Shown here: positions 27,880 through 37,900 of the stretch, piece after piece
Layout: every line of letters begins with the position of its first letter
Numbering within the stretch: the first letter of the stretch is position 1
Source of the DNA: a virus
Taxonomy: Duplodnaviria; Caudoviricetes
Strand: one strand, 5' to 3'
IMG/VR virus record: IMGVR_UViG_3300033066_001466
Location: 10,720-74,719 of that record
Length of the DNA stretch: 64,000 bases
The notes under the pieces: generated by a model
The model's input: only the letters and a program-made list of their open reading frames with translations
The model's database searches: none
Told to the model about the DNA's origin: nothing
Translations under genes and position numbers: made by a program

Positions 27880-28527
27880 TTAAGTATACTCACCCGAATA
27901 ATACAATGCAAACAATTTTGAGCCAATTGATGTTGGAGCGGCCCCAATAGCCACATACCAATCATGTCTAGTATCGCCAGTTCCACCATTTATAGGGTCA
28001 GCCCAAGAGGCAATCCCGCCTGAACCAGGGCTTGGAGTTAAACTTAATGTTGCCCCAGAACCACTGCATAATTGCCAAGTTGTATCGCCTTTGCCTGTAC
28101 TTCCGCTAAAAGCTTCAGAATTTAATCTGATAACTTCTGCCAAATAACAACTTACACCAGTCGGATTATTAGTTATAGCATTTCTGTCGTAAATATATAT
28201 CTTGTTATTACTTAGGTTAATTACTGAGGATTCTGTAACTCGAATATTGATAGGAGCGTGTTTGTTTTGAATACGAGTTAAACTAACAGAAGAAGCTCCA
28301 AAAGCTTGATGATAAAATTTAGTAAAGTCTGAACCATCTGGCTTAGTATTACTTACACCTTGTCCAGAAGCAGTTCCGACAGAATTAGTGATATAAGTGC
28401 TATCCTGAAAAGCTCCAACAGCCACAGAAGCCCCAAAAGTTGAACCATAAAAACCTAAACCGCTACCACTAGTTGTAATAGGGCTATATGTAGAATAATC
28501 ACTAATATAAAAGGTCGTTGTTGGCAT
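27880..28527 (-). CDS. putative virion structural protein
   Basis: Gly/Ser/Thr-rich; own late-promoter motif and SD GGAG. Confidence 0.55.
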   Translation of the reverse strand: MPTTTFYISDYSTYSPITTSGSGLGFYGSTFGASVAVGAFQDSTYITNSVGTASGQGVSNTKPDGSDFTKFYHQAFGASSVSLTRIQNKHAPINIRVTESSVINLSNNKIYIYDRNAITNNPTGVSCYLAEVIRLNSEAFSGSTGKGDTTWQLCSGSGATLSLTPSPGSGGIASWADPINGGTGDTRHDWYVAIGAAPTSIGSKLFALYYSGEYT

Positions 28528-28545
28528 TTAGGTCTCCATAAATAA

Positions 28546-28554
28546 TATACTCCG
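28546..28554 (-). promoter_or_regulatory. putative late promoter CGGAGTATA
   Basis: Intergenic, 18 nt before ATG 28527. Confidence 0.7.
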
Positions 28555-28555
28555 A

Positions 28556-28576
28556 ACTCAAACGCCGTTAGGCTTA
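28556..28576 (+). repeat. dispersed 21-bp repeat ACTCAAACGCCGTTAGGCTTA
   Basis: 20/21 to the copy at 47224 and 19/21 to the copy at 62439. Confidence 0.8.
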
Positions 28577-31500
28577 GCAGTTAGCAGAGATTATGATAAA
28601 ACGGTTAGATTGAGCATGGTAAGTTGCAGTTACTATTGTACCAGAACTTAATAAAGAATTATGAATATTATAGACAGGAATTGGAGTATCCATTTCTGCA
28701 TCATTTCTACCCATTAATCTCATTTGTCCAGATTGCCAAGTCGTTGAACCTATATCTTTGCCACTAATATCTACATTTAAAGTTCCATAAACGTGGGTAT
28801 GAGATGTCCAACAACCTCTAGCTTGGTCATATAATGGGTCAGAAGGTCCAGCTAACCATAATTGAGACTGTTGTCTGTCTTCATCACCCAAATTTCCACT
28901 ATCTGTTACCACAGAATTACATAAAAAGTTAAACCCATATCCAACTAATTGCATAGGAGTCTTTAGTCCTATACCTCTAATATTATCGTAAGTCCCCTGT
29001 GCATCATACTTTAGAGTATTATTTTGCCCATTATAACTTAATGCTCTGGCATCTTCAGTTAAAGTTTCACCCTTACTATAAAGCATTAAATCATTGTTAG
29101 AACGAAATGGATTCATACTATAAGAAGTGCCTATTAAGTCAATTTCCTGTAGTTGGTCTACTGGTAACTGATAAGCTGGCATATCATCTCGTTCAGAATT
29201 AGTAGTAAAAGGCCGGAAAATACTATTTACTGATGCCATACTAAAATTTTTGAAAGAGTTAGCGTCTCTTGTGTTGATGTTTGCTAAAGCCTCAGTAGGT
29301 GTCAGAAAGGCCATCTCATGATAGGCTGTATTGTTCTCATAGTTCCAGTTTCTGCCCGCTATAACCGTGTGAGGAGTTCTAGGGGACAAAGTAGGATGAA
29401 CCATATAGTTCTGGGTCGCAAAATTAATTAACGGCCCAACATTATTAAAGATTCTCTCATAATTACGCTTCGCTTCTTGTCGTAACCTATTAAGAGTTCG
29501 ACCAATTCTTTGTAATCTAGCCTCTTCCCGTTTTGCAAGACTTCCCATAATATTTGGGTCAAAAGAACGTAACCTATAATTTGTTACAAATCCGCCGTTT
29601 GCCCCTACAGAAACATCAATTGAACTAATATTTGAACCTGCATAATAAAGCTCTTCGCCCAAAGAATGGTTAGGCAAGCCTGGAAAAGACATACTTCCAA
29701 ATTCTGCGGCATAAGCTTGGGAAGAGACTTGGAACAACTTAGCGGTAGCCGCAAGAAACATTCCGGGATAGCCGCCAAATGACCAAGGATTTAAATTATT
29801 GTCTTGTTCTACATCTGTGTTGCCCGGAACTCCTGCTAAATACCAACTACCTCGACCGCTTATAGACCCACCATAAGTTTCAACCCTACTTCGTAAAGGA
29901 ATAGAAATATAAAGAGGAATTTTTGGACGAGATACTACTCCTATACCAATAGGGAAAACACCCATATTGTTTTTAACCATCTGTTTGATGGTATCTGTTG
30001 TAGAAGCGGGCGGATTACTTAAAAGAATATTTATCCAGTCCGTAATTTCGGCCATATATATGCTTTTCTTTGTTTCATATAATGGATTCGATAAATTAAC
30101 TATTACACAAGGAAAAGGCAATCTTTTAATATCTGTGCTTACTGAAGCCTGAACATAAATTCCATTAGTTTGAACAACAGTGTTTGTGTTAGTACATTGC
30201 TGGGGGTCAACATTATTATTAGTGTAAGTGGCAAAACTGCCAATTCTTCCAGGACTTGATTCTGCCCATAATCTAGTTGCGTCATTCATTCCAAGTAAAT
30301 CTTCGCCTATTCCTACATATCCACCTTCAGTATCTACAGTATAGTTATAAATATACTCGTAAGTTTCTATATCGAATCCCTCAATAATAAACGGAAGATA
30401 GACTAAATAAGAACGACCCATATACTGCTCGCCAGCCTGTTGAATCATCTGGTGAACACGTTTAATTTTTGCGTATTGGACGTTATCGGAACCTATCGTG
30501 CTATGCAAGAATTTAGTTATATCTTGATTCAGACTACTAAGCAGAGTTGGGGGACCAGCTTGAGTAAAATTACCAGATAGTAAGTCATTAATTGCTGTTC
30601 TATCATAGAATATTGGAATACCAAGTTGGGCTGCTAAAGCTGGTTTTTGTATAGAGATATAATTTAACCATGCTTGCTCTCCATACATAGCTACACGAAT
30701 TTCGCCGATTGTAGTTGAATATCCATAAGAACCAAGAATATCTGAACAAGTAGAAGCATTTATAGTAACAGAAGCTGTATCAGATAAGTCCGTACTATAT
30801 ATATAATTTCCATTAATATCGTTGCCCCAGTACGGATACATCGAAGCTTGATTAGCATGATAGAGATAGCTTACGTTTGAACCAATAAGAAGTTTACTGC
30901 TTGCAGCCCCATTTACAGCTTCCCAACCAGAATTAATAGATTTAGCTTGTTGGATACTATCCGCATATTCATTAATTGATTTTCTATTGTAAGCTAATTG
31001 GGCACGTCTGCTAATTGTGTGAACAGTAATAACGTTAGTATCAGTAACAGTAAAATAATAGTCTAATGAAGCGTCATTTGTCAATTGGTCGATAAATTGA
31101 ATTAAGCTTACTGAAGGGTTTCCTTGAATTTTGTAAAAAAGTGGCGGAATAGGAAGTCTAGATAAATCTAATGTAAAATAAGAATTTTTCCAACATAAAG
31201 GTCCGCCATATAAAGGAGCGGCTCCATCATTAACAATAGCATTAATAGCTCTTAAAATTAATTGCCAAGGCATCCCGCCATCATTTGATTGAGAATTTCC
31301 AAATCCAAGAACGTTTTCCCAATATCCAAAAGCATTAATTACATTAGGAACGGTATTGGTCTGTCCATAATAATTTGCAATTATAACTTTAGTCCCAGAT
31401 AATAATTCTCTAGCATCACTTAAAGTTACTGAATATACCGGATTTCCTGATTCATCTCTCTTTTTTAGGGTGTTTGTTATTAAGCCACGAAATCTAAAAC

Positions 31501-31684
31501 TTCCAGCCTGAAAAGTGTGTGTCTCGCCTACAGGAATTATACCATTATTTTCATAGATATATTCATCGCCAGCCCTTAAGTCGGGAACTAGTTCTACGTT
31601 CAAAGTTCCGGGAGAATTACCCCAAGCTTGTTGACTAGTAAAACTCTTAGTAGAGAGGCCTAAAAATTTAATTACTGAAGGCAT
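28574..31684 (-). CDS. tail tip / hub-like protein
   Basis: 1036 aa, beta-rich, downstream of the tape measure. Confidence 0.55.
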   Translation of the reverse strand: MPSVIKFLGLSTKSFTSQQAWGNSPGTLNVELVPDLRAGDEYIYENNGIIPVGETHTFQAGSFRFRGLITNTLKKRDESGNPVYSVTLSDARELLSGTKVIIANYYGQTNTVPNVINAFGYWENVLGFGNSQSNDGGMPWQLILRAINAIVNDGAAPLYGGPLCWKNSYFTLDLSRLPIPPLFYKIQGNPSVSLIQFIDQLTNDASLDYYFTVTDTNVITVHTISRRAQLAYNRKSINEYADSIQQAKSINSGWEAVNGAASSKLLIGSNVSYLYHANQASMYPYWGNDINGNYIYSTDLSDTASVTINASTCSDILGSYGYSTTIGEIRVAMYGEQAWLNYISIQKPALAAQLGIPIFYDRTAINDLLSGNFTQAGPPTLLSSLNQDITKFLHSTIGSDNVQYAKIKRVHQMIQQAGEQYMGRSYLVYLPFIIEGFDIETYEYIYNYTVDTEGGYVGIGEDLLGMNDATRLWAESSPGRIGSFATYTNNNVDPQQCTNTNTVVQTNGIYVQASVSTDIKRLPFPCVIVNLSNPLYETKKSIYMAEITDWINILLSNPPASTTDTIKQMVKNNMGVFPIGIGVVSRPKIPLYISIPLRSRVETYGGSISGRGSWYLAGVPGNTDVEQDNNLNPWSFGGYPGMFLAATAKLFQVSSQAYAAEFGSMSFPGLPNHSLGEELYYAGSNISSIDVSVGANGGFVTNYRLRSFDPNIMGSLAKREEARLQRIGRTLNRLRQEAKRNYERIFNNVGPLINFATQNYMVHPTLSPRTPHTVIAGRNWNYENNTAYHEMAFLTPTEALANINTRDANSFKNFSMASVNSIFRPFTTNSERDDMPAYQLPVDQLQEIDLIGTSYSMNPFRSNNDLMLYSKGETLTEDARALSYNGQNNTLKYDAQGTYDNIRGIGLKTPMQLVGYGFNFLCNSVVTDSGNLGDEDRQQSQLWLAGPSDPLYDQARGCWTSHTHVYGTLNVDISGKDIGSTTWQSGQMRLMGRNDAEMDTPIPVYNIHNSLLSSGTIVTATYHAQSNRFIIISANC

Positions 31685-31690
31685 ATTATC

Positions 31691-33256
31691 CTACGCATTT
31701 CTTTCATATTTATAAGCCACATTTCGACTATATCTTTGGGTGAGAGGCATCCAATTCTCATTATCTTGTGTTATAAACAAGTATCCTGCCGCATAATTAG
31801 TAGGAACCAGTCCACTTATCAATAAATCTACTTGAGTTCTAGGTTTTCTATTCATTAGAACTGTTATACTTGTTCCACTAGGGTCATAAGTTGGTGCCGG
31901 AAAAACGGCTTCATAAGAAATTTGTCGTGTAGGATTAGTAGTAGTATTAATATCCTGAAGTATGCCGCCAATAGCTCTATTTAGAATTACGTGTTCAGCA
32001 ATTACATCAACCCACCCACTAATATTATCGTCAATAACTGACAATGTCTCTGAAATGGCCCCACTAACTAACGTGTTTGGCCGGTTATTAAACTCACAAT
32101 TATATGTGATATTCCCTTTGATAAAATTATGGGTAACAGTTTGATTATTTGGGAATGGATTTAATTGAACACCAACATAAGATTGCGCTCTAGTGTATAA
32201 ATTTCCAGAGATTGTTGAATTCCAAGCCCCAGAAGCATTATTATATTTTACTAAGCCGCTTGAAGCTACCCAAGGGTCAGTCCCAACCCTAAAAGGCGAC
32301 ATCCCATTAATAGTTCCTTGAATTGAAACTGTTTTATATGGGTCAGTTGCAGACTGTTTAAGTTCAGCACTAAATTCTTCGGTATAATTTCCTGATGCTA
32401 AAGTCCAAGTTTCAGTAATAGCATAATTTCCCGCAAACTTGTCAATTGTATTACTTCTATAGTGATTATAGTTATTAAATTGGCCACTTACGTTACCAAA
32501 TCCACCACTATTAAAGAATAATTGATTGTAGTCTGCTCTAGCGTCAACGAAAGCCTTGGCGTTCTCCCATGCCTCCATTGTCACTCTTCCAATAGTATCC
32601 CACGTTCTATAACCTTTAGCAGAAACGGAATGACTACACTTAAAAACACCATAAATTTCGGGGTCAATTTCTATATTAAACGATTCACTACAATCCTCAA
32701 TATTATAAGAAGCAGCAATATCATAACCATCATACTTATCTAAATTGCCACTATCAGAGAACTTGGTATCTTCAGTTGGTACTATATCGGGAGAACCCGG
32801 TAACATAGCATCAGTTTCAAGACCAATCGTATATTTTGCGTATCTCCACCATTGGCCATCATCAACATGAAAGCTATTGGTTCTAAAATAGCACTTCATT
32901 GGAGGTTGTCCGTTCCAGGGCGTTATCTCCAATAAGCTACCATCTTTTGAGAATAAACTTCTTAAACCTTCAATTTTTAATCTTAAAGCATCTTGACCTG
33001 TATTTACAGTTCCCCCTATCGTATCTGCCGGATAGCTAAAAGTTCCGCTATTATTAAACAAAATAGAATTATCACCAGCATTAACTATATAGGGAGAACC
33101 CATAGTGTTAAGAATATAACCATTCAGGGTGAGATTAAATAAAGGTTTGACCTTTCTACCGTCGGGAAGACGCTTGTATGTTTTTTCAAACGTCAAAAAA
33201 GGCGCGGGTGAAATTTTAAATGAATCTCCACCATGTTGCGTAACAACTACTGGCAT
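31691..33256 (-). CDS. distal tail / virion structural protein
   Basis: 521 aa, beta-rich, in the tail module. Confidence 0.5.
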   Translation of the reverse strand: MPVVVTQHGGDSFKISPAPFLTFEKTYKRLPDGRKVKPLFNLTLNGYILNTMGSPYIVNAGDNSILFNNSGTFSYPADTIGGTVNTGQDALRLKIEGLRSLFSKDGSLLEITPWNGQPPMKCYFRTNSFHVDDGQWWRYAKYTIGLETDAMLPGSPDIVPTEDTKFSDSGNLDKYDGYDIAASYNIEDCSESFNIEIDPEIYGVFKCSHSVSAKGYRTWDTIGRVTMEAWENAKAFVDARADYNQLFFNSGGFGNVSGQFNNYNHYRSNTIDKFAGNYAITETWTLASGNYTEEFSAELKQSATDPYKTVSIQGTINGMSPFRVGTDPWVASSGLVKYNNASGAWNSTISGNLYTRAQSYVGVQLNPFPNNQTVTHNFIKGNITYNCEFNNRPNTLVSGAISETLSVIDDNISGWVDVIAEHVILNRAIGGILQDINTTTNPTRQISYEAVFPAPTYDPSGTSITVLMNRKPRTQVDLLISGLVPTNYAAGYLFITQDNENWMPLTQRYSRNVAYKYERNA

Positions 33257-33258
33257 TA

Positions 33259-33453
33259 TTAAGTATCCTTAAAGATGTTCAAATCTGGGCCTTTAGCTGT
33301 TGACACCTTAACCGTAGACTTAATTGAATCTACAGCCACTTGTGTGATATCATCAATAAAAGTTGGCCCGGAAATATCCGAAATATGATGAATAATCCAA
33401 GCCTTACAGTCTTCCATAAGCTTATTCTCGTCAAAATAAATTTTAATAGTCAT
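33259..33453 (-). CDS. hypothetical protein
   Basis: 64-aa ORF tiling between neighbours. Confidence 0.5.
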   Translation of the reverse strand: MTIKIYFDENKLMEDCKAWIIHHISDISGPTFIDDITQVAVDSIKSTVKVSTAKGPDLNIFKDT

Positions 33454-33455
33454 GA

Positions 33456-33692
33456 TTAAAGCTCTTTAGAGTTATCTTTTTGTTTATCAACCTTTTCTTC
33501 TTTTGGTTTCACATTTTTTGGAACTTCAGGAAATTTAATTGCAGCAATAGCCCTATCTACTAAATCCTTAACTCTTGGCTCAAGCTCTTTCCAAAAAGCT
33601 TCAATGTCAATCTGTACAACCATAGGTTGAGCAAATTCTGTTTGAACTGGTTCTACTACATTATTTTTTGTTACAATCTGGTCTGGTCGCAT
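33456..33692 (-). CDS. hypothetical protein
   Basis: 78 aa, SD AAGGA. Confidence 0.55.
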   Translation of the reverse strand: MRPDQIVTKNNVVEPVQTEFAQPMVVQIDIEAFWKELEPRVKDLVDRAIAAIKFPEVPKNVKPKEEKVDKQKDNSKEL

Positions 33693-33729
33693 TTTCGTTC
33701 CTTTTAATCGCCAATTAGTTATAAATTTC

Positions 33730-33750
33730 TAAGCTTGACGACGATTAAGT
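33730..33750 (-). repeat. dispersed 21-bp repeat, diverged copy ACTTAATCGTCGTCAAGCTTA
   Basis: 17/21 to the copy at 47224; 4 nt after a stop codon. Confidence 0.6.
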
Positions 33751-33754
33751 CAAA

Positions 33755-34930
33755 CTAGAATCCGGCCTCATATAAAAACATTCCACTATCAGGAAATCCC
33801 TTCACATACTTCATAGATAAATTCATATTTCCACTAATAGCTGTTGTATCCGCTTTCAAAAATAGATTAGTTATGCCCGAAATTGGAGTTGTTCCACCAC
33901 TAATATAGCAAGTGAAAGATAAATTCTCATTACGCTGTATATAAAGGGGAAATCCTGAACCAATCGGAGCATATCCATCATTAATTCCACTAGCGTTAAT
34001 ATAAAGATTTTGTCCACTTCCTATCCCTGTATAAGTAGAATACACCGTCAAATTCATTGCTTTACTAACTATATAGTCTGTATTTGATAAGTAAAGTGGA
34101 AAACCACTAGAAAGTCCATAACTTGCACTAGATTGTTGCATATATAGGGGCATTTGAAACTCAATTAAGTTTTGGCCCGAAATATACATATCAAAACCAG
34201 CAAAAAAAGCTCCTGCGATTCCACCTGAAGGGCAATACTCGGCCAATAAAGCCGACCCAACCTCATCAAGCAATACATTTCCGCCCTCATCCGTCAGATA
34301 ACATACTCCACTTCCAGCTTGAAAAGCTCCCATAGCTAGAGTCATACCCGAACTTAAAGAGTGTGCTGAACCTAAAATAAGGGAAAACCCGCTTCCTAAA
34401 GGTATAGGACTACCAAAACTAGTTTCCGCCGATAAAAATGTGGGATTTATAGGTAACGAATCATAAACTTTAAAATCCGATAAAACCCCCGGCGACTGAA
34501 AGGAGTTGGAACAAAAGAGAATATCACCACTTAAGTTAAGGGCAGAAATACCATTTGTATAGATAACTTCGTTATCCCTATATATAGATAATGAAAAATC
34601 TTTGTCCGCAAAAGTCTCTGGTCGGTAATATATGGCCCATTCTGTTTTATTAGAGGTAACAAAACGATTGTCCGGCTTAAAGAACTGAGCGTCTATCTTA
34701 ACATAGGGTAGTTGGCCCCCTTTTAGGCCGATTAAGCCCACAGAAAGATTATCTTGAGAAAAAATTTGACCACTAATACCACTAGATTGAAACGAATAAT
34801 AGGCTCCACTAGGTAAACTAATTGGGCCAAAAACTAACTTATCCCCACTAGCTCTTAAATCACTACCGTACTTGGTAGCACCATAGTTTCTTATCATTTG
34901 GCCAACGAAGTCAGGTATATGTACACGCAT
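33755..34930 (-). CDS. tail-associated structural protein
   Basis: Coupled to the tape measure; repeated (M/F)(P/N)L(Y/T/S) motifs. Confidence 0.5.
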   Translation of the reverse strand: MRVHIPDFVGQMIRNYGATKYGSDLRASGDKLVFGPISLPSGAYYSFQSSGISGQIFSQDNLSVGLIGLKGGQLPYVKIDAQFFKPDNRFVTSNKTEWAIYYRPETFADKDFSLSIYRDNEVIYTNGISALNLSGDILFCSNSFQSPGVLSDFKVYDSLPINPTFLSAETSFGSPIPLGSGFSLILGSAHSLSSGMTLAMGAFQAGSGVCYLTDEGGNVLLDEVGSALLAEYCPSGGIAGAFFAGFDMYISGQNLIEFQMPLYMQQSSASYGLSSGFPLYLSNTDYIVSKAMNLTVYSTYTGIGSGQNLYINASGINDGYAPIGSGFPLYIQRNENLSFTCYISGGTTPISGITNLFLKADTTAISGNMNLSMKYVKGFPDSGMFLYEAGF

Positions 34931-37900
34931 TTATGTGACTCTCCCCTGAGAATCTTGCCTGTCACTAGCTACCTTATTGGCATTTGGATTTATATTTGGG
35001 TCATATTTAATAGTGATATTGGATTCACGTAATTGCCCCCCAATAACTTCAATAGCTCGACTTACAGCCCCATTAGCAATAGTCCTCATGCTTGGTTCTA
35101 AGCTATTTAAAACATCAGCCCCATTAATGATAACTTCAACCTTTTGATTGATATTCATGTCGATAATACGAGGAATAGCTGCTAAAGCCTCAACTTGTTT
35201 GGCGAAATTCGTATTAAAAGCACTAAATACTTCACTAGCCCGATTAAATGAAGCTAAAAGGTCTATTTGTGGCTCTGGAACTGGTCTACCGCCCGGCTTA
35301 GGTTGAATACCTCCTGGTTGAGTTGGATTCCCTTCAGGAGCAGGTAAAGATAATCCTCCAAATATATTTAATTCTTTTTTGGGTAAAACTCTTCTTTGTT
35401 CGGGTAGACCTCCTTCTAGGATACGAATTTTTTCTCTAAGCTCTGCAACTTCAGCCAATATTAATTCTGGATTTCCACCATTCTTAAGAAGGTCAAGTGA
35501 CTCCTTAGATAGATTCTTAAATCGTGGGTCTAAACCTTTATTTGCACTAACTAAATCCGCTTGTGGCCCACTAACTCTTCCTCTTTTAATCAAAGCGGAT
35601 ATTTGTTTTGGGTCAACCCGATAAGCGGACTCTCCACTTAAGAATTTATCTTCTTCTGTTCCAATTGTTGGAGCTATACCAGTAGTGTAATCAGCTAAGC
35701 CTAATTTATCAAACACGCTCCTATCTTTTTTCTTTGCTTCATTACGTTTAAATTCATTCAGTGGGTCATCCTGAACAGATTTCTTTAAAGCAAATAATAC
35801 GCTATTTGTGGTTTTATCATCTAGCCCAAACTTATCTTTTAGATTTAAAGCTAATTGTTGAGAGCTTAATTTATTTTTATTTTCTTCAACATAGCTCTCT
35901 ATATCTTGAGATTGGGAGTCGGCGATACTATTTGCTTGTTTAAGTTCCGTCTGGGCTTTTCTTGAGGCTTCTATTTTAGAAATTTGTTTTTTTGCAGCAT
36001 CTACATCTACTCCAATTAATCCTTTAGCCCCCTTTTCTTTTTCTTCTAGTCCTGCTAACTGAATATTCTTAACAGCTTTTTCTGTATCGGTAGCCTTCTG
36101 TTGCAAAGCATCTACATATTTATCAATCTTGTTAAAGAATTCTTTGTTATTATCTACTAAAGTTTGTTTAAAATCTTCAGCAGTTTTAGTTAAATTTGTA
36201 GCAATAATACCAACTGCACCGCCAGCATTATTAACGCCATTTACTGCTCCTTCTGCTCCAGCTTGTTTTAAAATATCTCCAATTTTATCTTGTATTCCTT
36301 TTATATTCTTTTCATTACCACTTACATCAAGAGGGCTTCCCTTTAAAATATTTTTACTAAATTCGGCTATTAATTCTTTGTATATTTCTGGACCAGACAA
36401 ATCTTGTCTTTTCCCATCTATTGTTTTTGAAAAACGGCTAGGAATCTTTAAATCTTCTGGTAAGGATTTTAGAAAATCAGCACCTTGTTTGAATATAGCG
36501 TTTCCTAAACCAGGAATTCCATTGCTTAAACCAAGCTTATTAAAAGAAGTTGTTACATCTGAAGCTTTATTATCAATAACTATTTTAGCTGCCCTAGCAT
36601 CAATCTGTTTTTGTAAAAATTCTTGAGGATTCGCAGTCAATAAAGAGCCTGTAAAGCCCAATTTAGCATCTCTTTCGCTTCTTTGATTAGCTAAAGCTTG
36701 TTGAAGAATAGACAGCCGGTCTGATGTATTAGTTAATCGCTCCAAAGCCCTGTTAGCATCCGCTAGTTTTCTCTGATTTTCAAATAAAGCATCCCGAAAA
36801 GTCGTAACACCTTTTACTCCATCAGCTTCAACCTTAGCTTTTTCTCGAAGTACTTTTTCTTCGTCTTTTAGTTCACTAATTACGGCTCCAATAGCATTAG
36901 CGTTTTCGCCAATTCCGGCCTTGCCAAGTAGTCTATCTTGTATTTTATTAAAGTTTCTAAAAATAATAGATGGGTCAACCACTCTTCCGGGATTAATTCC
37001 GGCGTTTTCGAGATTAAAATCACGCTGAGAAGTTTGAAATTGAGTAGATAAAGCACTTTTTTGTTCAGCCAAATTATTTAGACGAGAACTAATCTCTAAT
37101 AAATGACGTAGTCCATCTTGATAAGCCCTATCTCTTTCTTCGAGATTCTTACCAATAGACTGTGCTGCCTTTAACATAGGCTCAAATTGCTGCTCAAATT
37201 CCTTGGCAAATTTTTCTGGGTCTTTCTTAAAATTCTCAAATAGCTCACTACTCTTTAAGCCTTGTAGCTTATCGGCCATTATATTGATAACTTTTTTATC
37301 AAATTGCTGACCAGTCTCTTGACCAATTTTATTAAAAGTAGATACAAAATCTCCTGACAAGTTATCGGAAGCTTGATTTCCAGGCTTAATGGTACGAGAT
37401 AAAACTTCTGGCAAATATTTTGAAATTTGGTCTACATTAGCAATTTTATTCGTAACTTCTCTAAAAGCTCCTCCTGATAATCCACCCAATCTAGACAAAT
37501 CTTCTTTGTCTATATTACCAAATTCTCCCGGCCTAAACGAAGCTCCAACATAACCTCCGCTTGTTATTACTTTTAGTTTCTCATCTAACTCTTTTACCTC
37601 TTGAGCAGCTTTATTAATAGCTTCTGAAAATGAAGTAGCAGAAGATATAGATTTATTGACTTCTACTGTGAAACGTAATTGGGCTTGTCTGCTAATCTCA
37701 TCAGTTTTTGCAGCTTCATATAGTCTGGTTGCCTCTTCCTTAATATTAGCTTTTGGCCGAAGAGTTTGAATATTTTTAGTTATCGCACCTAAATCTCCAC
37801 TTGTAATATCTAATGGTTGACCGTTCTTGGCCTGTTTTTTAATTTCCTCTTGCAAAACTTTACTGAGGTCACCCAATTTTAAACCAACAGATTTCTTGAA